A stretch of 64,000 nt of DNA from the human T2T-CHM13v2.0 reference genome, Homo sapiens: assembly GCF_009914755.1 (NCBI RefSeq), contig NC_060932.1; one strand, written 5' to 3'. The position numbers were made by a program, and so were the translations under genes. The stretch's first letter is position 1; the number at the start of each line of letters is the position of its first letter. Below the pieces are notes generated by a model. That model did no database searches. It was not told where the DNA came from and saw only the letters and a program-made list of their open reading frames with translations. This document shows, piece by piece, positions 25,347 through 40,840 of the stretch.

Positions 25347-27890
25347 TTCCTTCCACCGTGTCTTAAGGCCCCTGATACCCTGGGGTGAGCTGGAAACTCT
25401 CATTTAGAAGGTAAGGAACTAGAGCTTCTGAGGCTAAAGAACTTCCCAAAACTCAAAGATAGTGCTTCCTGGCAGATCTGGGACTTCTCTCTCCCTGCCC
25501 AGGTCAGGACCTGGATCCCACCCAAGCCTCTGACCCATGGTTCCTGCAGGGCCGAAGGTGCAGGCTGTTCATATGCACATGCTTTGGCTCACCCTGCAAG
25601 ATTCGATTCAGTGTGTCTGGGGTAGAGCGCAGGGCCCAGGCATCCATATTTTTCAACAGTTCCCTGAATGATTCTGTATGCCGTCAGGTTGAGCATCCTT
25701 CTAACCAGAGTAGGGAATCCTATGATGCTAACTCTTTGGTGTTTGTCCAGTCTTTGCTGAGAAATCTCCGATGACAGGGAACTTGCTCCCTCTTAGATTG
25801 TCCAGCCCATCCCTGATGGTCAGCTTCCACTGAACTCACACAGCAGCTGTTCTCCTCCTACCCTGGATCCTTCTCCCCTCTGCTCTACCCTGCTCCCTCC
25901 CCCAGGAAGCTGACCTCTATGGCTTCTGGTTGGGTTCCATCAGTGGGGAATCTGGGTCAGACTCTGGGGTGTCTGCTCAGCGGGTTGGTCCCCACATTCT
26001 TTTGGGGCAGTGGTTCTGAGCACGACAGTGCTCTTCTGCCTGTGGCCACTGCTCCTGTCTGGCACCCTCATTCATGACTGTGCTTCTCACCAGGTTCTGG
26101 AAACCACCCTCTCCCCTGATCTCAGGCCCGGCTGGCAATGGCTTCCAACACTGCTGGTCTCTGGGGACGTCAGCAGCTTCTGCTGCTGCTCTTACTGTGC
26201 CCACATCTTTGCCCACAGTCCCTCTTGTGAAAGCTTGGAGCATCATTCCTGGCAGTCCACTAGAGGAAGTCTGCTGCCTCATCCCCAGGCAGCTCCCCAG
26301 CCATTTCAGAACAGTCTCTGTGCACATGGAGAACGCTTCTTCCCGCTGAAGAGCCGCCTCCGGCGTCTTCATCATCTCCCTGCTTCTTTTATTGCCGGGA
26401 GAACCTAGGCGAGGCTCACAGCATCCTCCACTTCCAGACAACTCAAGGCCCACCATGATGACTGGAGCCCCACTGTCTAGAAGATGAATGTAATATTGGT
26501 AAATTTAAAACCCTAGTATTCAGAAAGCACTCACCAATTTTACATTTTGAATGAGTTCCTCGAGGAGCTAAAGCTTTATATTGTATATTAGCCTTGCAGA
26601 AACTTGAAAAATGGGTTTAAACAAGTTAGTCTTTCATAGTGCCTTTCCTAGTGCTGACCCTGGAGGCCCTGGTCCCACGGTTATAACAACAAGCTCCAGA
26701 GAGCACCAGCTAAGCCTGGCACTGGGCCGAGTGGCTGATACCTAATCATTTAGTTTAATCTTTGGAACGAGTCTGAGGAAGGTAGACTCACAGCCCCACC
26801 CTGCAGATGAGGAAATGCAAGCCCAGAGAGTTTCAGGAACTTACCCAACACTGCACAGCCTTGTGATGCAGAGCCGGGGTTTACGCAGGTTTGGCTGCAG
26901 GTAGAATATACATGAGGGAGCAGAAAGAATGAGACTGAGAAAGGAGAAAAAGCAATAGCGTGTGTGTTATTGCCTGGGAGCAACTAGGGCTCAGTCTCTC
27001 CTGCGTCCCCCAAAAAGGATGCCTTCCAAAATTGCCTCCCCAGAGGCGGTGGCTGGACCTTGTGCACTGACACCATCCCCACTAGCTGGAGGTTGCCCTG
27101 CACTGTCATGTTACTCTAATCCAGCCAAGCAAGCTGGTAGAGGGCCCCAATCCTCCCTCCCTGAGAGGCTATGTTCTGGCGGCCTTGACCTCAGGTGGCA
27201 GTCACACATTCCCTGCTATCTCTGGGTGTGAAGCATCAGGGGCCATCCCAGTGAGTCCCCTGAATTCCAGACATGCTTATCCCTTCTGCATCACATGGGG
27301 CCAACCCTACCTTCTTGTGTCATCAGGGTTGAGTGTCCCCACTACTGTAGGAACTCTTCTCTCTGTCTGCTGGCCCACCAGCTTGAGGCCCCAAAGTGGC
27401 CAGGCAGCAGGCACAGGGTTAGATTAAGGGTAAACTTTACCTGTGTCCTGGTGGGACCATCTTGTTCTGGGAACCAGGACATTGAACCCAGCACACACTA
27501 GAGCTGCAGGGACGGGAAGCCATTTTCTTTGACGAAGTCACCAGCAGTGACAGTGAGGGGACCAATCCTCCTTCCACCTCCTGTTCCTAGAAGTGTATAC
27601 TCCAACTACCGGCTCTGAGTCCTGCACACTGACCACGGGCTCACTGCACACACTGCAGCCCCCAGGACAGAGCCCTGGCCTGCTGTTGGCTGAGCTGCCA
27701 TCTCAGCTGAGCCTGCTGCCTCTGGGTGATGTGGTGTCGGGAGGAACAGTAGATCCCATGGTCCTGCATGCATGATTGTACTGCCTTGGCCTGTGCACCT
27801 ATCTGGTTCTGTGTGGTGCACAAACAAGCTGTCCCCAAAGAGCCATCCCCAAACTGCACGTAAAAGAGCAAAATAAATGTTGTTTTAAGT

Positions 27891-28099
27891 CAGAGGTCAG
27901 CAAACTTATTCTGTGAAGGACAAGGTAGTAAATATGTTAGGCTTTGCAGGATATACAGTTTGTCACAGCTACTCAACTTGCCACTGTAGCATGAAAGCAG
28001 CCTTAACACATGGGCATGGCTGTGTTCCAATAAAACTTCATTGACAAAAACAGGTGGAGGGCCACATTTGGCCCAAGGGCTATAATTTACTCACCACTG
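27891..28099 (+). mobile_element. MER58A (hAT-Charlie) inserted in the 3' end of an MLT1 LTR (~27600-28160)
   Basis: cagaggtcagcaaac...tactcaccactg splits the MLT1 motif aataaatgttgttttaag|...|ccactaagttttgg. Confidence 0.8.
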
Positions 28100-28301
28100 T
28101 GTTGAGCCACTAAGTTTTGGTGTGGTTTTTTTGTGCCGCAGTCAGTGGCTGGAGCATCTGTGCCTTTCCTCCATCTACCTCATCTCCTATCCCCTTGTCA
28201 TGGCAGTACCTATCGTGCGCTTGTTACTGCTGATCAATGAGGGACCCAATGCTAGAATCTCATCCGGAGTGCTGCCTCCCGGGGCCACTTTTGGTACCAT
28301 C

Positions 28302-28730
28302 TGTCTTAGTCTGGGTTCCCCCAAAGCAGATCCCAAGACAGACTTAGCCACTGGCAGACTCAAGGGTGATCCTGGGAAAAGAAGTAAGGCCAGAGGGCTT
28401 GTGCACCATGGATGGAGAAGGCACTGCACAGACTATGCACTGAGCTGATGATGCTTGGAGCTGTGGCCATGTTTTGCAACTGTCAGGGCAGGGGGCTGGG
28501 CTGAGGCTGGGGCTGGGCCACAGACGCGTGCCCTCCAGTGGGTGAAGGTGGCTCCAGGGATGTGAATTCCCCCATACTCTGAACATCCCTGGGTGAGCAG
28601 CTGCGGCTCTGGACACACCCTGGGGTCAGACAGGCTGAAAGATGTGGCTGATATAGGAAGTGGGATGCTGCCAGGAGACACTCAGCCCAGCCACAGCTGA
28701 AACCCTAGGTGGGCTGCAGGGAGGGGTGGA
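28302..28730 (-). mobile_element. ERVL LTR16-like solo LTR
   Basis: Terminus tgtcttagtctgggttcccccaaagcagatcccaagaca. Confidence 0.5.
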
Positions 28731-28760
28731 GAACACAAAAAGCATCCCCTTCAGCAGTGG

Positions 28761-29169
28761 TTTTCTTTTCTTTTTCTTTTTTTTTATTATACTTTAAGTT
28801 ATAGGGTACATGTGCACAACGTGCAGGCTTGTTACATATGTATACATATGCCATGTTGGTGTGCTGCACCCATTAACTCATCATTTACCTTAGGTATATC
28901 GCCTAATGCTATCCCTCCCCCCTCCCCCCACCCCACGACAGGCCGGGGCCTGTGTGTGATGTTCCCCTTCCTGTGTCCAAGTGTTCTCATTGTTCAATTC
29001 CCACCTATGAGTTAGAATATGTGGTGTTTGGTTTTTTGTCCTTGTGATAGTTTGCTGAGAATGATGGTTTCCAGCTTCATCCATGTCCCTACAAAGGACA
29101 TGAACTCATCCTTTTTTATGGCTGCATAGTATTCCACGGTATATATGTGCCACATTTTCTTAATCCAGT
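28761..29169 (-). mobile_element. 5'-truncated L1PA 3' end (~400 bp)
   Basis: Poly-T then ttattatactttaagtt...gggtacatgtgcacaacgtgcagg, the L1 3' UTR C-rich tract, and the ORF2 C-terminus (minus ORF ends ...CGTYIPWNTMQP). Confidence 0.95.
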
Positions 29170-29350
29170 GTTCTCAAACTTCAGCTGCATCAGAATCACC
29201 CTGAGGCTTGTTATAATGCAGATTCCAGGGAACCGTCCCCAGGGTTTCAGATTGATTTGGTCTGAGCGGGGCCTGAGAATTTGCATTTCTAATAAGCTTC
29301 CATGCCCTGCTGCTGCTGCCGGTCCCGGGTCAATATTTGGAGAACCACTG
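29166..29350. mobile_element. MER5A (hAT-Charlie)
   Basis: cagtgttctcaaactt...gcatcagaatcacc...ttggagaaccactg termini. Confidence 0.85.
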
Positions 29351-31714
29351 GATAGAGAGAGTGGATGCTGGGTAGGCAGCTGCCAGTCTCTCTCGTACTT
29401 ATCAAGTGGGCTATCCTTTGTGCCTGCTAAGGGTGTGAGTCTGTGTGTTTGTGTGTGTGTGCGCATGTGAGAGAAAGAGAGAGGGAGAAAGAGAAGGGGA
29501 TTGATAGAGCCTGGTGTATCTATCACTAACTAAAAGTGTGATATTGCTGAAGTCTCCTTGCCTCCAAGCCTCCAAGTTTCCCTACCTGTACACTAAGGCT
29601 GGGCTGCACAATGGCCCACGGCTCTTCCAGCTCTGATGTGATGATTGTTTACAAAAGGAAAGGGCTCAAAACCAGGCTTCACAGTACACTGAGATTCAAA
29701 CGCACCTCCCTTTCCAACTTTTGCAATGGAACTATCTCCCAGAAATGTTTAAAAGTGCTTAGGGGATAAAGAGAGGAAAGAAATGGAATGAATTGCCCAG
29801 TGAAGGGAAATCCCCAGCAGGTTTTTCTATAGACAAGTGCTGCGCATTCCCACAGGGAGCTGCCACTCTCAAAATGCTAGCAGGGGAGGCCAAGGATGGG
29901 GATCCGCTCAAAAGTAAATGAGGTCAGAGGCTCCCAGGGCTGAAAGGTACTCCCGGGGCTCAGCCCCACAGGTTGGCTTCCAGTCCTCTCAAAACAGAAA
30001 TTCAGCAAGGCCAAACACCCTGTGCCCCTCTACAGCGGCTCAGCTGGGTGTTTTGCAGAAACTTGGGCACAGAACCCACACAGACTTCCCTTTGAGTCCT
30101 GCCTCCGACACTCAGCACTGGGTGGCCCTGGACAAGCCACTTGGATCTGCCTGACTCGGGGCCCCGCGCATGCATAATGTGAATGGGAATGGAACCTCAT
30201 GTGGAATTTACCCAAGAAGCATTTGTGGCACACCTGAGTTCCCAGGATTTTAAGGAAGATTCCATAAAATAACATGGTGGGATTCTTGTAACAATAATTG
30301 TTTTGTCAGCAGTAACATGGTCTACAACAGCTACCATTACCAATTTTTATCACTGTCGATTTTCTACTCTCAATCTGCCATGAATTTCTCTGGAGTTGTT
30401 CCGTTAGGTTTATCTCCACCGTGGTGTGGGAGGGACCTTGCTGTGTAACCTCGAGCAGGTCACCTCACATTTTTGAGCTTGTCTTTTCGTGAGTTACAGG
30501 GTGGCTAATTACGTTTATTTGCAAGATTGATGTGAGAACAAACTGCGAAGGCTGCTCACGTGAGGACATTTAATGCATCATCGGGTCCCCAGCAGAGAGG
30601 AAGTGCAGACGGCAGGATGGCTGTGTTCGCCGCAGGCCTCCCCGCCTATGTAGGCACTACATTTGTTTTTTCTTTGTTAGATAAAACTTGTTCAGCCCTG
30701 ACTATAAGCCAGGCACTAGGCTAAGAGCTTTCCTTGAATTATTTCACTTGACCCTGATTAGTTTATGGGTTAAGTGTAATCATTATCATCCTCTTTGTGC
30801 TTGTGAGGAAGTCAAGAACCCAGAGCGGGCAAGTGGGGGGCGAGGCAGGTTCACACTCAAGTCCTGCAAATCCCCAGGCTTGTTGTGCACCGGGGGCCTG
30901 CTCCAAGGACCCCAGACCAAAGGCCCAGCTGTGTGCTCAGGGCAGAACAGAATGGATGGACTTGCCTCTCCTCGAACGAGGCTCTTTCTCCTGCCCGGTT
31001 CTCTCCACAGCCACTGCTCTGTCCCCAGGTTGTGAAGATGCATGGGCTTGATTAGGCTGGGCTCAAGCCCTGTTTATCATCACCTGCACACCTTTCAGAA
31101 AGCCCCTTGCATTTTAAGAAGAGCGGACTTGGTGTCATGCGGCATTGTTCTGATTAGAAAGAACAGGCATGGCTGTAGAATCGATTCAGGAGTCGGGAGT
31201 CCGGCTGCTTTCAGAAGCTTGCAGGACAGGGCCTCGGAGAGCAGGACAGCCAGTCTGTAATGACGAAGGATGACCCAGCCTGCGGCACTGAGCTGAGGGG
31301 CGTCTTCAGGGTCTGAAGGTTCTGGTCGGTTCAATGAGATACTGACTGCAGAGCTCCCTCCCCATGTGGCATCTGGAACTATGGTGGCATCTCAGAGTGT
31401 CAGGAGCAAGGATTCTGAATACGAGTGACTGTGGAAGAATCCTGGATTTCTCCTAGACTAGCAGCCATCCAGCCACCTGTGCCAGTGAGATCATGGTCAG
31501 GCATGGACAAGGCACATGGCATGGCCTGTGAGCAATGGTTCTTTTTCAAGAAAAGGCTCAGGTTTCATGGCTCAGCAGCGGATGTGCCCCACACGTGGGT
31601 GTGGACTTCCTCCCTTAGTCCTGTACTCAGGTATGCCACCTGCTCATGGGCTGTGGGTCCTGTGCCTATGTCACTCAGCCAACTCCGCCCCTTTCCCAGG
31701 AACAGTGAGCATGA

Positions 31715-31900
31715 ATGAACACTTTAAACTCTTAGCTCATTTAATCCTTGCAACAGTTCTGTGAGGCAGATATTATTATTAGCCCATTGAACAGTTGAAG
31801 CAATTGAAGCAAAAGGAGATGTTGCGTCAAAGGTTACTCAGCTGGTAAGTGGTTCAGAATGGATTCAAGCCCAGGCCTCCCATTCTAACAGACACACTCC
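31715..31900 (-). mobile_element. MIR SINE (representative; other MIR fragments near 11330, 16950, 26750, 30450, 30720, 33200, 33600, 61150, 63300)
   Basis: ctcatttaatccttgcaacagttctgtgaggcagatattattattagcccatt...ggattcaagcccagg. Confidence 0.8.
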
Positions 31901-32192
31901 CTAGCCTCCTCTGGACTCCCAGGGCTTATTAGCTCAGGTGCCACCAGCTCCAGGAAGACCTCTTGGCCCTGCCAATGGAGTGGCCCTGCCTTGATTCCTG
32001 TTTTCCCCATTAGAATGACACGAGGCCCTTCTGTATCTGCCTCTCACATTAGACTTTCACCTCCTCTCGGGGGAAAAACTGTGTCTGGTGCTTCCCTGTT
32101 TTTAAAGCCCCTGAGCTGAGTCCTTGCCTGAGGCTGCAGCCTCCAGTGTTTATTGTAGCCTTGGGCTAGTTCCTCACACTCTTTCATCTGAC

Positions 32193-32675
32193 TGTATTTG
32201 TCAAGGTTCTCCAGAGAGACAGGACCAGCATGATATAAATAGATATAAAAGAGGTATTTATCAGGGGAATTGGTCACACCATAATGAAGGCTGAGAAGTC
32301 CAATGACTGTCTGCAAGCTGGAGATCCAGGAAAGCCAGTAGTGTGGCTCAGTGCAAGTCTGAAAGCCTCAGAACCAGGGAAGCCTATATCATAACTCTCA
32401 GTCTGAGGCCAAAGGCCCGAGAATGGGGGTGATGGAGTGAGTCCTGGAGACTAACAGCCAGAGAACCTGGAATCTTGACATCCAAGGACAGGAGAAGAAG
32501 GGCGTCCCAGTTCTAGAAAACAGAGAGAAAGAATCCACCCTTCCTCTGCCTTTTTGTTCCATTAGGGCTCCCAGTGAATTGGATGGTGCCTGCCCACATT
32601 GAGAGCAGATCTTCCTCACTCAGTCAACCAGCTCACTAGTCACAGCTTAATCCAGTGAATTGGATACCTGAGGTT
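32193..32675 (-). mobile_element. MLT2B-type (HERV-L) solo LTR
   Basis: tgtatttgtcaaggttctccagagagacagg...ggctgagaagtcc...tctgcaagctggagatccaggaaagcc. Confidence 0.8.
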
Positions 32676-33917
32676 GACCTCAGGAGATGATGAGGGCTCC
32701 AGAAGATGATGTTTGCAGAATCCTCAGCACGTTGCAGGCAGCTCAGAGCCTGCCCAAGAGATGGATGATGCCCTTTCTAGCCCAGAGTTCCAGTTCCAGT
32801 TGATACCCCCAGGCTGGCATTGATGCCCACATCACACACGCATCCTCTGTGGGTGGGATCACACCAGAGCACTATTAAGTTGTGGGAAATTCACAGTCCC
32901 CATCCTGACCCTGGGCCTGGCTGGCATTCAATGAGTGTGCTACGAAGAGTTCCATGGGTGAAGGAGGGCATTCCTAAGTCAGTTGGCTGAGATGAGTTTT
33001 GAGCTCTTGAAGGCCCAATTCACACTGCACCATTTCAGTAAGCTCCAGCTGTTTACCGACCCAGTGTGGACGATGCTGCTAAGCATCCTGCATGCTGGAG
33101 GGCCCAGAAAGGCTGTGCCCCTGCCCCTGCCCCTGAGTGAGTGGTTCTAGGGTCTTAGACACAGCAAGAGAGGCCTGTATGCATGACCCTCCTTGACTAT
33201 CACAGCAACCATGCATGATAGATACCATTATTCTCAACTAGCATATTAGGACAATTAGGCACCGAGAGGTTAAGTGCCCTTTTGGAAGTCAGAATTGGGT
33301 GCTGACCACTCCAACTGGGCTTCATACCAGCTACTCTCCAGTGGCCACTCTGCTGTATGCTCTTCACACAAACCCTCATTTGGAATTCCTATTTCCACTG
33401 ACCAATGGACTCTTGGAATGCAGGGCTCCTTTGAGGCCAAAGGTTCCTTTGAGGTCCACTCCCTAAGAACAATCTGCAGGAGAGGCAGCATAGGGGTGAG
33501 GGTTGGAAACAGTGTGTCTAGAGCACGAAGTGGGCATTCCACAGACGCAGGCCTTTTAACGCAATTGTGTGTGCCACAGCCTAGTTCTGTGACCTTGGGG
33601 CTGTCTCTTCACCTCTCTGGATTTCCATTTCCTCATCTGTAAAATGCATGGAATTATATGATTCACGATTCCCTTCTGGCTACAACATTCCACGGGTCTG
33701 TCTGTCCAGTGGCACTTGGTCATCCCTGTAACACCAAAAGGCAAGCAGGGCAGAGTAGAATTGCAATTGAGTAATTAGAATCATCAGAATTGAAAAATCA
33801 TCATCAAACCATGGAAGCTGCTTACAGAGTGTTCAGTAAATGATCTTCATTTATTGCTACAGATTGTGCCTTCATATAAGATTGGCAAAGCCCCCTAACA
33901 GCTTAATACTTCTAGAA

Positions 33918-34127
33918 CAGATGTTGACAAACAATGGCCTGCCCCCTAAATCCAGCCCTCAGACTGATTTTGTAAATGAAGTTGCATTGGTCACACAGCC
34001 ATGCCCATTTTCCTTCATACTTGCCCTGGCTGCTTTTGTGCTACAGATTGAGCGGTTGGGACAGAGACCATGTTCCAAAGCTTAAAATACTATCTGGTCT
34101 TTTACAGATAAAGTTTATTGATATTTG
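33918..34127 (-). mobile_element. MER58A (hAT-Charlie)
   Basis: Terminal inverted repeats cagatgttgacaaac / gtttattgatatttg; 8-bp TSD ttctagaa (33910-33917) / tcctagaa (34128-34135). Confidence 0.85.
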
Positions 34128-34252
34128 TCCTAGAAGATGAACAGTTAACTTAGCCAAATAAGTATCTAATATGTGAGATTGTGTCTTTTTGGCCTAGTCT
34201 CAATGGTGTTTTCTGACATTCCTCTACACATAGCTTAAAAGTTTCAGGTGTA

Positions 34253-34563
<311 letters not shown>

Positions 34564-35384
34564 AAGTTTCAGGTGTAACAACGTACATACTTTTGGTTCC
34601 TTGAACACTGAGATCTTTGCACCTCCTTGCCTTTGCCTGCGCTGTTTCCCCTGGTGGAAAGGCCATTCCTCCCAGCCTTCCCCAGCTCTCTTCCCACTTG
34701 GTCTCCTCTGTGAACCTTCACACACATCGCCTGGGCTGTTTTGAACCCCGGAGCCCACTGCTTGCACTTCTCTGGCATTTAAAGTCCTGCGTTCTTTGTG
34801 GAATCACCTGTCTCTCTCTTCCATTGGACTGTGTGCTCCTGAAAGACCAGGACCTTGCTTGTGTGGGTCACTGAAAATTTCCCATGCCCCAAGCAGGGTC
34901 TAGTGTGTGGTAAGTGCTCAGTAAAGATGATTGAGTGTATGACTAATGATAACCCGCCCAAACAGGAGCACCTGATTAATTCTAACATCTGTCAGTGCTT
35001 AAGTAGGAGCCTTACAAAGACCTTGTTATCCTTTTAAAAAGTTAAAAATATGATTGCCAGCAGGTTGGTACACATCTGCAAATAGCATTTCTAAGCAAAC
35101 AATGGGAGTCTATAACAATTGCATTATACAATTGCACCGCGTGGAGAATTGGAAATGGCCTAGCCTTTATTCGGCATCAGGAGGACCTGGATGTACACCA
35201 GGAAGCTGGAATCTTAGGGGCCATCTTAGAAGTGTGGAAGGAAAGAGGAAGGGTCCCAGTTAATTCCAAGAAAGACTATAGCGCCAGTAACTCCTAACAT
35301 CTAACTTCTTAAACTTTTGAGAATTTTAAAATCTTAGAATAGAAAATAACTTGGAGGGTTTTTAGTATTTTTCTTTTTTCTTGA

Positions 35385-36907
<1,523 letters not shown>

Positions 36908-38605
36908 CTGAGACTACAGGTGCCCACCACCACGCCCGGCTAATTTTTTGTATTTTTAGTAGAGACGGGGTGTCACCGTGTTAGCCAGAATGGTCTCGAT
37001 CTCCTGACCTCGTGATCCGCCTGCCTTGGCCTCCCAAAGTGCTGGGATTACAGGCGTGAGCCACCGTGCCTGGCCGGTTTTTAGTATTTTTAAGTGGTGT
37101 CATTTATCTGCTCCCTTCCAGCTCCACGAAAGATTAATCCTGGCTAACAACCCCCTCCCTGCTCCATTCAGGTAAATATGCTCATCTTTCCTGCCCAAGA
37201 GTAACTATTATCATGTGTGTGTATTTGTGTGTGTGTGTGTGAGAGAGAATCTTTTTGCATTAGTTTATACTTCCAGTAACTTATTTATATGTCTCCAAAC
37301 AATATATTGCTTAATTTTGCCTTTTTAGAAGTTTTACGTAAGTGTGATAATATGAGATATATTCTTCTGTAACTTGCTGCTTTCACTCAACAGTGCGCAT
37401 TTGAGATTCATTTGAGTGGACCTGTTTAGCTACCACACCATTATTTTCTCTCCTGGATATTCAGTTATTTTAATAAATCAAAATGTGTTTATCTTTAAAA
37501 AATAAATCAATCTCATCGGGGACATGCTGAACAATTTATTTGCCCAAGTATAAAGGAAGTGATTACTTAAAAAAAAAAAAAAAAGAAAGAAAAGCCCATT
37601 TGAATCTCTGAAAAGACTGGCAGTGGAGGCATGGCCTGTGTCTTCTTATCTTCTGTTTATACTACAAAGTCTTCCCTAAGACCCAGTCCTGCCCTGTAGG
37701 AGCTTAATGTCTACGACAGATCATCAGCCCATGTGGTGCCCCAGATGCACTCAACTGCTTCTATTCTGAGCTCTCTATGTCTTGGAGAGTCTTAGAATTT
37801 TGTGCAAACACTTGGGAACAGCTCAGAGAAGGGTGCACAACACCTAACTAGAAGATGAAAACTGTCCTTGGAGGAATTCCATGGAGAATTTGTTGCCATC
37901 ATTATGCTGCCCCATTTATTCTCACATTATTCTCTCCTATTTCATTCCAGTCTGGGTTTTTTTTTTTTTTTTAAATGCACAAATCTTGACTTTTCCTCTA
38001 AGAATGCCCACGTGGCTCCCCACCCTGGCATGCTGAGGGCTGCCCTCTGAGACCCTCACTGTTGCTCATCTCTGCTGGAAATTTACTTTAGAACTGGAGT
38101 GGCTGCCATGGAGTCCCACTTTCTTATGTCACCAATGGTTTCAATACATCATCATTAAATCGACTGACTGTGAGGTGTGGGGTGGGGGCAGGTGAGAGAA
38201 ACTCATCAAATGCTGGTTGTCAGGAAATGTAGGAAAAAAGCACATCAGCAGAAGTGGCCAAGGCACATTTGGGAATTGACTTTTTTATTCTTTCTTTTGC
38301 TTAGCTCTGGCTTGAATTTCCAAACTCACTTTTGAATTTCAATCTCCATGTTAATTGCAACATACAGGTTGTAAGGAACTAAGGGGAGAGAAAGTCAATG
38401 TTCAATCAGGTTTCTCTGTGTACGTGTGCTTTTATTTTAAAAAATGATAAGTGCACAAATAGAGGGAAAAATAACAAAATAAGATTGAATTTTTGTTTTC
38501 GGCATTGGACAAATATGTTGGGAATGAATGGAGATAATTCTCAGTATTGTTTTATTAGTCATGCTGGGCACGTCACACTTGGGGTTTTATTACTATTTAG
38601 AACTT

Positions 38606-38972
38606 TTAAGTTGAACCATATGAAAATGCTGGCTTTGGGCCGGGCGCGGTGGCTCACACCTGTAATCCCAGCACTTTGGGAGGCCGAGGCGGGCAGATCA
38701 CGAGGTCAGGAGATGGAGACCATCCTGGCTAACACGGTGAAACCCCGTCTCTACTAAAAATACAAAAAAATTAGCCAGGCATGGTGGCGGGCACCTGTAA
38801 TCCCACCTACTTGGGAGGCTGAGGCAGGAGAATGGCGTGAACCCAGAAGGCGGAGCTTGCAGTGAGCTGAGACTCCGTCTCAAAAAGAAAAAAAAAAAAA
38901 GGAAAGAAAGAAAATGTTGGCTTTGTAAGTTAAGATGACCTAGCACTGGCATTTTCATATGATTCAAATTAA
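38606..38972. mobile_element. MADE2-like 80-bp mariner MITE, split by AluY
   Basis: Terminal inverted repeats ttaagttgaaccatatgaaaatgc (38606) and gcattttcatatgattcaaattaa (to 38972). Confidence 0.7.
38638..38909 (+). mobile_element. AluY with an internal deletion in the right arm
   Basis: TSD gaaaatgctggctttg (38622-38637) / gaaaatgttggctttg (38910-38925); gcagtgagctgaga joins directly to ctccgtctc. Confidence 0.95.
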
Positions 38973-39331
38973 TATACATTGATTTGCATTGCTACCTGAT
39001 GAATGTCTGTTTCCTGCACTGATCTGAGAGCTCCACAGGGACAGGAGCCATGTTTGTTTTTTATACTAGGACTACCAGGATGTCTAGTAAACAGTAAGTG
39101 CTTGTTAATTATGTCATTGAAAAAATGCAAAATGACCCAAGAAAGGGGAATCACAGACGTGTGGGCTATGAGTAGGGGCCTCGCCCATTTAGCTGAGGCT
39201 GAAGTTTGTGTGATGCCAAGTGTCAGAACGCCAGGATGAGTGTGTCAACTGCCAGCGGGAGGCCGGCATCTCAAATAGAAAGAGGTCCTTGGCATCAGCA
39301 TTTCAGAGGGACAAATGTAGGAGATTCCTGC

Positions 39332-39720
39332 AGGTATTTCAGGGCAGCTTCTTTGGGAAGCAGACTCTGAGATGGGCATGCACATGCAGGAATTTATTAG
39401 GGAGTGCTCTGGAGGTCACTTCTATGGGAGTAAGGATAGGAAGAAGGGTTAGACAGTGGGAGGAGTTGAGTGGTGCAGCCCCAGTAAGCCTTCAGCCAAC
39501 CCCACCAGGAGCTCTGAGGCTGGGATGGCCCTTCAGAGTAGTCCTGAGTTGGAGGAAGGGGACTGTATCTATTCTTGACCAGTTATTGAATGTGGGCTCA
39601 CCAAGAGGGGGCATGACCTTGGATGAGGTAAGTCAGCACTTGCAGCAGCTGGGGGAGTAAGTCCTTTCATTCTGAAGGGGGATCTTGGTGCATCACAGCA
39701 TCCATTACAGGCATAATGAG
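39332..39720 (-). mobile_element. ERVL LTR16A-like solo LTR
   Basis: gggaagcagactctgagatgg...gcaggaatttattagggagtgctct. Confidence 0.6.
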
Positions 39721-40482
39721 ACAGTGAGAGTCATGTGGAATGGATGGAGGAGAAGTACCTGCAGCCCACAATGTAAGTGCTGGGGGAAGTGGAGAACCTG
39801 GATCACAAGCGGTGCCAGGGATGCCTGAAGCTCCATAGAGACCTGAAAATCCAGAGGCTCTTGGGAGCATGGTGGAAAAGCTCAATGGATGAAAATCCCA
39901 GGACTTAACTCTGCTCTGAGCAGGTTAAAATTGGTCAGAGTTGCAGTTCTAGCACTTCTGGAGGTAGGGAAAGAGCCTTAGAAGTTCTCTTTTGGTATTT
40001 TTTCATAAAACCTCATTTCATAACAGGTAAGTGTACTATGAAACATGACAAAGTTACAATTCTGTATTTATTTTTCATTATGAAAATAATATGTCTCTGT
40101 TAAAGGAGGTCAGAAAAATACAGAGAAGAAGAAAAATGAAAATCAGTTATAGATCCCCTAATCAGAGATCACTATGAACACTTGGAAATATTTTCTCCTG
40201 TTTGCTATCATTCTCCTCATAGTTACCTTTGTTGAGTTATAATCAAACTGTTCTTGTAATTTTATATCTTGATTATTTACTCTAACATAATAAAGCATTT
40301 GTATTGGCCATATCTTATTTCCTTGAGTACCATAATTTGCCTATCCAATTTGTTTTCATATTCCTCCTATTGTAAACATTGATATGTTAAAATTTTGTAT
40401 GTCAATGTCCACATATTCATCATTAATTACATTACTAGAAAAGCTTTCTAATATGGAATAACTTGATTAAAATATGTGAATA

Positions 40483-40840
40483 TGTATTAGTCTGTTCTTA
40501 TGCTGCTGATAAAGACATACCAGAGACTGGGTAATTTAAAGAAAAAGAGGTTTGATGGACTCACAGTTCCACATGGCTGGGGAGGCCTCACAATCATGGC
40601 GGAAGGCAGAAGGCGCATCTTACATGGCAGCAGATGAGAGAATGAGAGCCAAGAAAAAGGGGTTTCCCCTTATAAAACTATCAGATCTTGTGACACTTTT
40701 TCACTACCATGATGACAGTATGGGGAAAACCACCCCCATGATTCAGCTATCTCCCACTGGGTCCTTCCCACAACATGTGAGAATTATAGGAGCTACAATT
40801 CAAGATGAGATTTGGGTACGAATACAGCCGAACCCTGTTG
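40483..40840 (-). mobile_element. THE1 (THE1B-like) solo LTR
   Basis: tgtattagtctgttcttatgctgctgataaagacatacc...caagatgagatttgggt; 5-bp TSD gaata on both sides. Confidence 0.92.
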
